Assembly (NCBI GenBank): GCA_001873945.1
Contig: MNYI01000174.1
Span: forward strand, 1 to 47,684
DNA: 47,684 bases
Direction: 5' to 3'
Source: Candidatus Desantisbacteria bacterium CG2_30_40_21
Lineage (GTDB): Bacteria; UBA9089; CG2-30-40-21
Shown: positions 1 through 7,976 of the stretch, piece after piece
Layout of the letters: every line of letters begins with the position of its first letter
How positions within the stretch are numbered: position 1 is the first letter of the stretch
Program-made: the position numbers and the translations under genes
Notes under the pieces: generated by a model
What the model saw: the letters and a program-made list of their open reading frames with translations, nothing else
Told to the model about the DNA's origin: nothing
Databases searched by the model: none

Positions 1-60
1 AACATCCATTCTTCTTCCGGAATAGCAAGATATTTACCCCAATCATCTATGCCCTTAATT

Positions 61-218
61 ATACTCAAGTGGGGCATAAATTGCGTTTTTCGCTGGTCTT
101 AATCAACGATAGCTGTGTTGTTCAGGTTCGCAATAGTACACTATTGCTCACCTTCACGCCTTGCTCTCCTTGATTAATCCTCACCGAAAAAATCGCAATT
201 TATGCCCCACTTGAGTAT
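61..218. mobile_element. MITE-like non-coding palindromic element, family A, copy 1
   Basis: 25-nt terminal inverted repeats ATACTCAAGTGGGGCATAAATTGCG / CGCAATTTATGCCCCACTTGAGTAT. The whole ~158-bp body recurs in opposite orientation at 27199-27428. No ORF. Confidence 0.75.
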
Positions 219-357
219 AAAATATCCTTTACAGGGGTTGCAATTGCAGGAATAATTCAGTCCGATAAATTAAATTTACTTTCGTTTCTTTTAGGCTCAT
301 CCCTTGCAATTATATTTTTCGCTATTGCCTATTGGCTCGAAAGAAAGGAGGATACTC

Positions 358-498
358 ATGAATAACATCACTTTTGTTTTTGATGGACTCTCTGCTGTTT
401 TTCTGAGTTTTATAATTATCGCAGTCACTGGTTGGGCTATTTTGTATTATCAAGAGCGTCGTCAACAGGCTCATAATCTAAGTAAATTCACTCTGTAA
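358..498 (+). CDS. small hypothetical membrane protein (46 aa)
   Basis: ATG at 358 preceded by AAGGAGGA (345-352). One hydrophobic helix LSAVFLSFIIIAVTGWAILYY. No recognisable family. The ORF-track start at 304 is TTG without an RBS. Confidence 0.4.
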   Translation: MNNITFVFDGLSAVFLSFIIIAVTGWAILYYQERRQQAHNLSKFTL

Positions 499-2064
499 TG
501 TGTCAGTATCTGCATAACTCATCACCCTTTCCAGCAAACCCAGCCGCAAATGTGTCTGGTTTTCAAACCTGCCAACCAATGCTTCGCCCTCTTTATCCAG
601 ATCATAGCAAGTGCTGTTTTCTATATCAATTAATACCCCGGGAACCCCTGCATTCCGGAAGATCCCCTGCCTTTTGGCAAAGAATGCCTTGCAACAACAG
701 CCGATGTATGAGCTAACCCCATCTGTTCGGCACTCTTGAAGTGTTGTCCTCAGGTGTTCATAATTCTGTATGGTAATGGGTCTAAGCCCTCGTTGCTCTG
801 CCAGTTCATACGCCTTGCCAATACTGCATCCACCACACCTACTGCACCCCTCTTGATACCGATATTCACACCCCACCAGCTTGGCACAATATGGCAAGAG
901 TAAAACCGATGGTTGTTTCAAGATATCACGGATAGAGCCATTCACGGTGAACAGGTAGTTTGCTTCTTCTAATGGAATGCCCAGAGACGGATATTCCATT
1001 CGTTGCAAAGCAGAAGAAACACAAGCAACAAAATCAGCACCTTGTAGCCCTGACATCTGAGGCTGATTATGCTCGAAAAACCATTCAATTTTTTGTATAA
1101 CCTCAATAATTGGAATATCCTTCAGGATTGCCTCAAGGTCAAATATCGTACGAGACGGCGAAACAAAGAAATCACCGGTAATCAATGCTTGTTTGAGTGC
1201 CATGCGTTTAGTATCTACCACTAAGGATGCCCGAATCAATCCTCCCTTAGCCTTATTTGTTGCCCTCAGGGTCTGCCTGATATCATGGGGTTCTCGCGTT
1301 TCTTCAATCCATTCCCTGGATGCAAATTCAGGACTTCTGTAGTCAAGCACTTGCTGGAGTTTTTCAGGAAGCTCCATCCTCTCAAACCTTATCCCCAGTA
1401 CCTCCTCAAACCCAGCCTGCAATGCCTGTTTGATTATATCCAATGATGGTACAAATCCCAGTTCTTCCTGCAAGCAAGTAACCCGCTGTCTTGCTGAGGC
1501 AAGTTCCTTATCTGCCAATTTCTCTGTCGGGATTCGTAAGGCACGAATCATGGATTCCACATCAAAGTTAACCAATAATGTCCCCTGAAACAATACTGCA
1601 TTATCCTCAAAAATCCCACCTGTGCCGGATATTTTACGGCCGTTGACCTCAATATCGTTACGGGGTCGAAAATTTGCATTAACACCCAATGTCTTCAATC
1701 CTCTGATAACTGCCTCACAGACCAGTTCTGTCACCTTATCCAATCGATAACCAATGTCAGCCTTTGACGCAATCAATTCCCAGCCAAGTTGCGAAGAATC
1801 AAAATATATGGCACCACCGCCGGTAATTCGTCGATTAATATCAATACCCTGTTTGCGGCAAAACTCAAGCCGCACCTCTTGCTCCACAGTCTGATGGTAC
1901 CCTATAAGTACAGCCGACGGTGAGAATTGCATAAATCTGACGGTATTAGGAATGTCACCTTTAGCCCGTGCCTCAAGCAGGATTGAGTCAAGGGTAATAT
2001 TTTCTGCTGCTGTAAGTATGCCTGTATCAAGCAGTTGCCATCTCACCATGGATGTAATCACCAC
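478..2064 (-). CDS. lipoate-protein ligase (LplA catalytic + C-terminal accessory domain) fused to a C-terminal Cys-rich DUF116-like domain
   Basis: N-terminal BPL/LplA/LipB-type sequence with the NGRKISGTGG lysine motif. LplA C-terminal-domain-like segment GGLIRASLVV..ITGDFF. Last ~145 aa carry LLLPYC..C..CSRCGGCSIG..IGCCC, matching my recollection of Pfam DUF116. GTG at 2064; alternative ATG at 2049 behind GGTGGTGA. Confidence 0.8.
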   Translation of the reverse strand: MVITSMVRWQLLDTGILTAAENITLDSILLEARAKGDIPNTVRFMQFSPSAVLIGYHQTVEQEVRLEFCRKQGIDINRRITGGGAIYFDSSQLGWELIASKADIGYRLDKVTELVCEAVIRGLKTLGVNANFRPRNDIEVNGRKISGTGGIFEDNAVLFQGTLLVNFDVESMIRALRIPTEKLADKELASARQRVTCLQEELGFVPSLDIIKQALQAGFEEVLGIRFERMELPEKLQQVLDYRSPEFASREWIEETREPHDIRQTLRATNKAKGGLIRASLVVDTKRMALKQALITGDFFVSPSRTIFDLEAILKDIPIIEVIQKIEWFFEHNQPQMSGLQGADFVACVSSALQRMEYPSLGIPLEEANYLFTVNGSIRDILKQPSVLLLPYCAKLVGCEYRYQEGCSRCGGCSIGKAYELAEQRGLRPITIQNYEHLRTTLQECRTDGVSSYIGCCCKAFFAKRQGIFRNAGVPGVLIDIENSTCYDLDKEGEALVGRFENQTHLRLGLLERVMSYADTDTLQSEFT

Positions 2065-3019
2065 CTATTAATGCACAACACACCTCACTAAACCGCACCT
2101 CAAGCCCCATCTCCTTAGCCATCCCCACAATTCCCTCTGCTGGATAAGCAATACCGTTTAATCCTGCCTTAAGTGCCAGTGTGTCTGTCTTGAATTTATG
2201 TTCGCCCATGGGACGCATACATCCTAACAAAACTGGTGTGAAAGGGAATACCTGTCGGGCGTGCTTAAACACCTCACCCATTTCCGCAGGATCTGGTGGA
2301 ATAACATCAGCCATCGCTGTTCCGATTTGTGGCAATAGACCCACCAGAACAACAGCCGTTACCGGGTACTTAGCAATAATCTCAAGTGCCTGATATTCTC
2401 CCAGAATCTTCCTGTAATGCAACCCAATAACCACATGGGGAATGGTGTGTATTCCATATTCGCACAAGAGTTTGAGTGAATTTTCAAAATCGTTTGTGGT
2501 CACATCCTTCAGATGATAAACCTGCCTGAGGGTTTCATTAGAACCAACAATATCCATCATTGCCCCATCAATTGCCGCAGAATCCCTTATCTCCTGCACG
2601 GTTTCTTCATCCAAAATGCCTAAGTGAGCAACAATTTTGAAGCCAAATTCTTGCTTTATTCGGGCAATGGTGTTCAAGAATGGCTTGATGGGTACTACAC
2701 CCCTTTTATCTGACCCACCACTGATGAGCATCCCTTTTGCCCCATGCCTATTAATTTCTTGAGCGTAATTAAACAATGCTTGTGGCGAGATGGTAGGCTT
2801 CATGGCAGCAAGTATCTTGCGACCGCAGTGGTCACAATTCAATTCACAGCCTGCCCCGGTAATAGACACAGGCATAAAATAACAATGCCCGCAACTTTGA
2901 CAAAATTCCTCAGTTTCATAATGCTTTATCGTTGGGGCAAAGAAAGAGATGCTGTTGCCAAAATTCTGTCGAGCTATGTTCCAACATTTTTCCTCAGTTA
3001 ATTCCTGATCCATTACCAT
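2027..3019 (-). CDS. radical SAM protein, LipS1/LipS2-like (archaeal-type lipoyl synthase component)
   Basis: CELNCDHC (CX3CX2C) radical SAM motif preceded by a second cluster-like motif CQSCGHC. Lies between the lipoate ligase and the DsrC/LbpA genes. Radical SAM assignment is firm; LipS assignment rests on context. Confidence 0.65.
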   Translation of the reverse strand: MVMDQELTEEKCWNIARQNFGNSISFFAPTIKHYETEEFCQSCGHCYFMPVSITGAGCELNCDHCGRKILAAMKPTISPQALFNYAQEINRHGAKGMLISGGSDKRGVVPIKPFLNTIARIKQEFGFKIVAHLGILDEETVQEIRDSAAIDGAMMDIVGSNETLRQVYHLKDVTTNDFENSLKLLCEYGIHTIPHVVIGLHYRKILGEYQALEIIAKYPVTAVVLVGLLPQIGTAMADVIPPDPAEMGEVFKHARQVFPFTPVLLGCMRPMGEHKFKTDTLALKAGLNGIAYPAEGIVGMAKEMGLEVRFSEVCCALIGGDYIHGEMATA

Positions 3020-3397
3020 AGGTGTTACTCCATAAATTCAAGCCAATAAGCACGCCTCCACAACCACCGCAGGGAAAAGATGCAGAAATCCCGGCGATCT
3101 TAAATGCCTGATTATACTGCCCCTGAGGAAAAAGCTCGTGAAAATACCACGCATTACCCTTTTCTTCACCCAACATTTTTTCATCTCCCTGACGATTATC
3201 TTCATCTGGGGTGGATAGCCGTATTCTTGATAATAATTGCGAATGATGCCAATAATATTCCAATGCTCAAGCGTAAGTGTAATTCCGCAACCATTTGCCA
3301 GATATTCAGCTATGCCCTTATTCCACTGGTTCGGGTCTTGCAGAAAGCCGTCTGCATCTGTTTCGTAAGGTTGGCTATTAAGTTCAAAAACCGGCAT
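2994..3397 (-). pseudogene. DsrC/TusE-family protein, reading frame broken in an A6 run (T6 at 3176-3181 on + strand); atypical C-terminus
   Basis: ORF 3038-3397 gives the N-terminal two thirds (DADGFLQDPNQWNKGIAEYLA..LTLEHWNIIGIIRNYYQEYGYPP). ORF 2994-3263 gives the collinear C-terminal part (LGEEKGNAWYFHELFPQGQYNQAFKIAGISASFPCGGCGG). The frames join at ..REMKK|MLGEEKG.. if one A is added or by a -1 shift. Confidence 0.8.
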
Positions 3398-3410
3398 CTG
3401 CCCAACTCCT

Positions 3411-3989
3411 TCAATTGATACTTTTCCTGTAAATCAGCTCCACACCATCGATATGATAATCATTGTGCCACACATCATAACATGAATGGCAGGTAAATAT
3501 TACCTGTTTTGCCTTTAGCCGTTGTATCTCTCCTGAATTATGTTGCTTGCAAACTTCAAATTCCTCATCCAGTCCAAGCCCTTTCAAGACCCTTCCGCAA
3601 CACCATTCCCTGTCTCCAAGCACAGCAAAATCAACCCCATCACGAGACAATTCCTTAACTATGTCCAATGCCGTTTGTTGCGAGGGAATAAGAAACGATT
3701 GTTTGCAGCCCACAAAATAAACTACGGCAGCCCTTTCTTTTTGAGCATATTGGGTAAACCCATTACCCTCCAGCCTTAGCCACAATCCCCTTTCTTCATT
3801 GGGATAACCAAACAGGTTATGGTGTTGATTAGTGATTAGCTTAGCAGTTTCTACCACCTGCGGGTCATGACCATGAGCAGCGACAGCATCTGCAAGACCT
3901 GTCCATTTTCCGTGAACGCCGGAACATACTCCCTTATCACAAAACATACGCTCTTGTAGTCTTCGTTGCAGGATAATTTCTTGCAACAT
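3411..3989 (-). CDS. single-CCG-domain protein, paralogue of the C-terminal half of the 686-aa HdrD-like protein
   Basis: AAVVYFVGC..EWCCG..FTCHSCY forms one complete CCG motif. Collinear with residues around AAVVYFVGCMTSF..EWCCGFP..FNCASCY of ORF 4614-6674. Start overlaps the lbpA stop (TAATG). Confidence 0.75.
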   Translation of the reverse strand: MLQEIILQRRLQERMFCDKGVCSGVHGKWTGLADAVAAHGHDPQVVETAKLITNQHHNLFGYPNEERGLWLRLEGNGFTQYAQKERAAVVYFVGCKQSFLIPSQQTALDIVKELSRDGVDFAVLGDREWCCGRVLKGLGLDEEFEVCKQHNSGEIQRLKAKQVIFTCHSCYDVWHNDYHIDGVELIYRKSIN

Positions 3990-4453
3990 TACTCCTTCTC
4001 CTTCTCCGCAAACAACCCTTCTGCCTCATATTTTTTATAATCTGCCTCAAGCCATGCTGACACCTCTTCCTCACCATGCTTGAGATCAATTATATCTTTC
4101 TGCAAATTACTTGCCTCAATCAGTATCAACCAGCCTGTTCCATAGGAATCAGTATTGATCAGACTTGGGCTGCTCAAGACATCCTGATTGACCTCAAGGA
4201 TAGTGCCATGGACAGGGGATTTCACTGGACCGATATACTTTCCTGCTTCGATCGTACCCAATGCACGACCCTTAGTTACTGTTCCACCAGCGGGCTTAAT
4301 CTTAACATAAGCCACTGTGCCGGCTGCCTTCTGACCAAACTGGTCAATACCACACCGAACCCTGTTTCCTTCCTCAATCCTCAGCCAGACATGATTATCT
4401 GAATTAAAATAATACAAATCACCCGGCATCTCAACATCCTTGTACTTTGCCAT
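3989..4453 (-). CDS. lbpA: GcvH-like lipoate-binding protein (LbpA-type)
   Basis: Glycine-cleavage H-protein fold signature: HVWLRIEEG..CGIDQFGQ..LGTIEAGKYIGPVKSPVHGTILEVN..DSYGTGWL, with the lysine in the lipoylation position. Strong RBS AAGGAGG. No gcvT/gcvP nearby. Confidence 0.85.
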   Translation of the reverse strand: MAKYKDVEMPGDLYYFNSDNHVWLRIEEGNRVRCGIDQFGQKAAGTVAYVKIKPAGGTVTKGRALGTIEAGKYIGPVKSPVHGTILEVNQDVLSSPSLINTDSYGTGWLILIEASNLQKDIIDLKHGEEEVSAWLEADYKKYEAEGLFAEKEKE

Positions 4454-4471
4454 TACTACCTCCTTGTAAAA

Positions 4472-4620
4472 CTAAAAGTGAAAAGTGAAAAACGAAAAGT
4501 GAAAAACGAAAAGTGAAAAGTGAAAAACGAAGTTAAAATCACTTTCCCCTTTTCACTTATTAAAAAATAATTTATGTTTTTACCTTCACTTTTCGTTTTT
4601 CACTTTTCACTTTTCACTTC
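4472..4620. repeat. long imperfect inverted repeat built from tandem heptamers (AAAGTGA / AAAACGA), intercistronic between the HdrD-like gene and lbpA
   Basis: About 8 tandem 7-mers at 4474-4529. The reverse-complement arm CTTCACTTTTCGTTTTTCACTTTTCACTTTTCACTTC lies at 4584-4620. The TGA stop of ORF 4614-6674 lies inside the first unit. Confidence 0.8.
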
Positions 4621-6674
4621 TTCTCCATCCCAGCCGCAAGCACCAACTCAGCCATATCCATAACCTTCACTTTTGAGCCTTTGGCTTTAATAGCATTCTG
4701 AATCATCCGTTTACACTGACCACAAGCTGTGGTAACAATATCTACATGGGACTCATCAAACTCTTCCACCAGACTTCCGGCAATCTTATTGACCAAATCT
4801 GCATTGACCATCTCCAGATCTCCACCACCACCACAGCAGGTGCTAAGCCTTCTATTCAAGGGCAATTCCACATATTCTACCCCCGGGATAGATTTAATGG
4901 CTTTTCTTGGTGGCTCGAATACACCACAGCCCCGTCCCAGATCGCATGGGTCATGATAGGCAACCCTTCCTTTTATTCCACCCAAATTAACCCTTTTGTC
5001 AGCAATCAGCCTATGGATATATTCAACATTGTGAAGGAATTCTACCCCTGGCAAATACTCTTGATACTCATGCTTAAAGGTATGGTAGCAGGAGGCACAA
5101 TTGAAGACAACCTGTTTTGCCTGCATCATCTTTATCACTTCCACATTCTTGTCCCTCAGCCACTGCCATTCCTGAGAAAGCCCCGCTACAATAAGTGGAA
5201 ATCCGCAGCACCATTCATCCTCACCCAAAATGGCAAAATCCTCCCCTGCCTGATACAACAGGTTCAGGTTTGCCTCTGCCACCCCGGAGATAGCCGGGGA
5301 AAATGAGGTCATACACCCAACAAAATAGACAACGGCTGCCTTTTTCTTGTCTGAATAAACCTCAGGGGGCACATCTGAAAACTCAGCCCACATCAATCGG
5401 TCAGCATTGGGATAATTAAGAACATTATGCACCTTCTTTGCTGCACCAAGGGCAATGTTTACTGCATTTGGGGCAATTTTTTCCCTAACTGCATACTCCC
5501 GCATGGAAACCCGCAGGCTTCTGGTATTAATATTTATCGGGCAGACCTCTTTGCACCTGCCGCATAGGGTACAGGTATAAACTTGAGTCGCAAACCAGTC
5601 TTGCGATTCCTTAGTGTGGGGTTCTCTATCTATGAGCGAGCTAAAAAAGCCATACCCCTGCCTCAACCTTTCACTAATTAACGAGATTACCCCGCCTGAA
5701 ACTGCATGTTCTTCTTTAGTATGTTTATAAGCCACACAATGTTCTGCACATATCCCACATTTGATACAGGCATCTATCTCTATTAACTGCCGTTTGGAGA
5801 AGGGGATCTCATCTGCCTGCTTGCTGAAGATATGTTGTTCTGGCGATAATGAATTAACCACCATGGCAATGGGTGCAGTTACAATATGCCACAGCTTGCG
5901 ATTAAACGGAATGGTACCAACCAGAGTACCCAGGAATATACCGGAAAGACACCAGCTTATGATATAAAAATCAGGCCAGTGAAGACCCAACGGGGCAATT
6001 ATTTTAGATAAGACAAAAGCCACAAACCAATAACTGGCAATACTATCCGGCACATTAAAACTCAAAATACTTGTTGCCTCAGCCAGAAACCGTAGAGCAA
6101 ACCAGCCACCAAGGATAATCACGGCAAAGATGTCTGCCTCTTTCATCTTAAACACATACGCCCGTTTGATAAAGCGACGATAAATAAGTATGCCCTCACC
6201 AACTACTAAGATAAGGAAACCAAAGCCATCATTCAGCAAGGCATACAACGCCTGCTGATGGGTAAATGTAGCCTCTGAGACTGTTCGGAAAAAGTAAAAA
6301 TCACAAAATGGGGAATAAAGGAAACGGGTAAGATGAGAAATGCTTTGTAGCTCTGGCATGGAGGAAGCCTTGACATGATTAACCACGATGATGCCGATAT
6401 AACTGACAATGATAGAAACCATGGCCACACCCCGCAGGATGTTTTCCTTAAATAGTCGGCGATGGATAAAGGAATCAAGGATAGCACCAAAGAAATGAAA
6501 GAGCCTTGGGCTAAATATGGCCACAATAATGCTCGTACCAGTGCTGATTATACCCCTACCCATGCCCTTTGTCCAGATATAGAGGTTGTTCAGCAGCCCC
6601 AGGGCAAAAACAAATAGCCCAATCATAAAGGCAGCCGCACAAAATGAATCAAATAATGGATATTGACCTAACAT
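4614..6674 (-). CDS. membrane-anchored HdrD/DsrK-like iron-sulfur oxidoreductase (polytopic membrane domain + 2x[4Fe-4S] ferredoxin motifs + two CCG domains)
   Basis: First ~270 aa contain at least 6 hydrophobic segments. Then CIKCGICAEHC and CTLCGRCKEVCP, followed by VGC..WCCG..NCASC and HDPC..TCCGGGG..TACGQC. RBS GAGGAGA. Confidence 0.8.
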   Translation of the reverse strand: MLGQYPLFDSFCAAAFMIGLFVFALGLLNNLYIWTKGMGRGIISTGTSIIVAIFSPRLFHFFGAILDSFIHRRLFKENILRGVAMVSIIVSYIGIIVVNHVKASSMPELQSISHLTRFLYSPFCDFYFFRTVSEATFTHQQALYALLNDGFGFLILVVGEGILIYRRFIKRAYVFKMKEADIFAVIILGGWFALRFLAEATSILSFNVPDSIASYWFVAFVLSKIIAPLGLHWPDFYIISWCLSGIFLGTLVGTIPFNRKLWHIVTAPIAMVVNSLSPEQHIFSKQADEIPFSKRQLIEIDACIKCGICAEHCVAYKHTKEEHAVSGGVISLISERLRQGYGFFSSLIDREPHTKESQDWFATQVYTCTLCGRCKEVCPININTRSLRVSMREYAVREKIAPNAVNIALGAAKKVHNVLNYPNADRLMWAEFSDVPPEVYSDKKKAAVVYFVGCMTSFSPAISGVAEANLNLLYQAGEDFAILGEDEWCCGFPLIVAGLSQEWQWLRDKNVEVIKMMQAKQVVFNCASCYHTFKHEYQEYLPGVEFLHNVEYIHRLIADKRVNLGGIKGRVAYHDPCDLGRGCGVFEPPRKAIKSIPGVEYVELPLNRRLSTCCGGGGDLEMVNADLVNKIAGSLVEEFDESHVDIVTTACGQCKRMIQNAIKAKGSKVKVMDMAELVLAAGMEKK

Positions 6675-6695
6675 TAGTTTCTCTCCTCATATAAG

Positions 6696-6800
6696 ATGTG
6701 TAAAATACTAATGATTTTTATGATTTAAGTGATTTGGAATGATTAAAAAATAATCATCATAATTACTAAAATCATTCCCAATCATTAGTAACTTACACAT
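6696..6800. repeat. 105-bp near-perfect palindromic element in the tusA / HdrD-like intercistronic gap
   Basis: ATGTGTAAAATACTAATGATT (6696-) pairs with AATCATTAGTAACTTACACAT (-6800). Inner arms are TGATTTGGAATGATT / AATCATTCCCAATCA. Confidence 0.75.
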
Positions 6801-6865
6801 TAAAAAAGCACCCAATTATCCTCGTTGAACACTTCCTGTCTTCTTTGTGTCCTTTGTGGTTCAAT

Positions 6866-7114
6866 TTACGGTTTCATCACGAACACTTCCCAATATCCCT
6901 TATCCTCCAGCCTGACCGACTCCATTTGCAGCCCATTCTTTTCACAAAAGGCTGGAATCTCCTTGGTCACAGACGGTTCAGAATCGCACAATATCTTAAT
7001 CACATTACCAGAGATTAACCCCTTGGTAGCCTTTTTGGTCATAACCAATGGATATGGACATACCCTGCCCAAAACATCAATCTCCTTGACTGGTTCAATC
7101 GTCTTTATATCCAT
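6866..7114 (-). CDS. tusA: TusA/SirA-family sulfur carrier
   Basis: 82 aa with the VLGRVCPYPLV active-site Cys-Pro-x-Pro context. Confidence 0.85.
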   Translation of the reverse strand: MDIKTIEPVKEIDVLGRVCPYPLVMTKKATKGLISGNVIKILCDSEPSVTKEIPAFCEKNGLQMESVRLEDKGYWEVFVMKP

Positions 7115-7151
7115 CTTCTTCTCCTTCTTTTTAATCTGCGTAATCTGCGAA

Positions 7152-7553
7152 TCAAAACCACATCATCTGATCGCATCTTTCCATCTCTTTTTGCACCTCA
7201 TTAAACCCTACCACATTCAAATCAATATCAGCCCCCATATCCCTTGCATTAATCAACCGTTCAGGCTTTATGTCTAAACGGTATAAGTCCTCCTTGCAAA
7301 CCAGCATCCTCATATCAGAAGCCAATTGATTCTTGATATGCTGCTCCGTACTGATAATGCCATAAAATTCCTGTGACCTTTGGTTTTTAATACAATTCAA
7401 TACCCCATCACCCACAAAGGCAACAACCGGCTCAACCTCTTCATCAATATGCATATCAGCCACAAAACAAGCCATGGCATGGGTGATGGCAAGCTTTGGG
7501 TTTTCACTTTTGTATGGAGGTCTTGAGATTACAAACAAAATACTCTTTGCCAT
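7152..7553 (-). CDS. DsrE/DsrF-family protein (DsrF/TusC-like)
   Basis: MAKSILFVISRPPY.. DsrE-fold N-terminus and ..LVCKEDLYRL.. segment. Start moved to the ATG at 7553 behind AAGGAGAA; the longer ORF-track start reads through a hairpin. Confidence 0.7.
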   Translation of the reverse strand: MAKSILFVISRPPYKSENPKLAITHAMACFVADMHIDEEVEPVVAFVGDGVLNCIKNQRSQEFYGIISTEQHIKNQLASDMRMLVCKEDLYRLDIKPERLINARDMGADIDLNVVGFNEVQKEMERCDQMMWF

Positions 7554-7580
7554 ATTATTTTCTCCTTCCTTATCGTTCGC

Positions 7581-7601
7581 GGACAGGGACAAGCCCTGTC
7601 C
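7581..7601 (-). other. intercistronic stem-loop (8-bp GC-rich stem)
   Basis: GGACAGGG acaag CCCTGTCC, immediately after the stop of ORF 7602-7961 and before the RBS of the next gene. Confidence 0.6.
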
Positions 7602-7961
7602 CTACTCTCCCCCTATATGCAATACTCTATCACTTTTAGCTGCCCGTGCCACATACCAATCCATGCTATGGACAGCAATCCCTTCTATTACATCATCTTT
7701 ATGAATTCCCCGAGCCGCAGCACATGCCTCACATGCAACAATTGCTACACCATTTTCTTGTAAAGCCTTCAGCCTCTCTGCCAGATAGGAGTAATCCTTA
7801 AACGACTTTTGTCCCTTTCTGGCTAAAGTAACAGCATTGCCAGAAAACCACAGGTTTACGCTATGCCCTTTATTTACCGCTGTTTCTGCCAGCTTAACGG
7901 CAAAATCAGAATTCATCGAACCAATAAGGGAAGAAAAAAGACCAATGCTTATCGTTGCCAT
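7602..7961 (-). CDS. DsrE/TusD-like sulfurtransferase subunit (Cys-bearing)
   Basis: 119 aa with IVACEACAAARGI, corresponding to the DsrE/TusD active-site cysteine region. Confidence 0.8.
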   Translation of the reverse strand: MATISIGLFSSLIGSMNSDFAVKLAETAVNKGHSVNLWFSGNAVTLARKGQKSFKDYSYLAERLKALQENGVAIVACEACAAARGIHKDDVIEGIAVHSMDWYVARAAKSDRVLHIGGE

Positions 7962-7976
7962 TTTTTTTAGTTAGAA

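Noticed and set aside
1-60. Possible partial gene at the left edge (minus-strand frame reads ..IKGIDDWGKYLAIPEEEWM..)
   Set aside because: It is too short, there is no start codon between it and the family A element, and no family can be assigned.
4472-4530. Tandem short repeats that might be mistaken for a CRISPR array
   Set aside because: The units are contiguous 7-mers with no spacers. They form one arm of an inverted repeat, and no cas genes are present.
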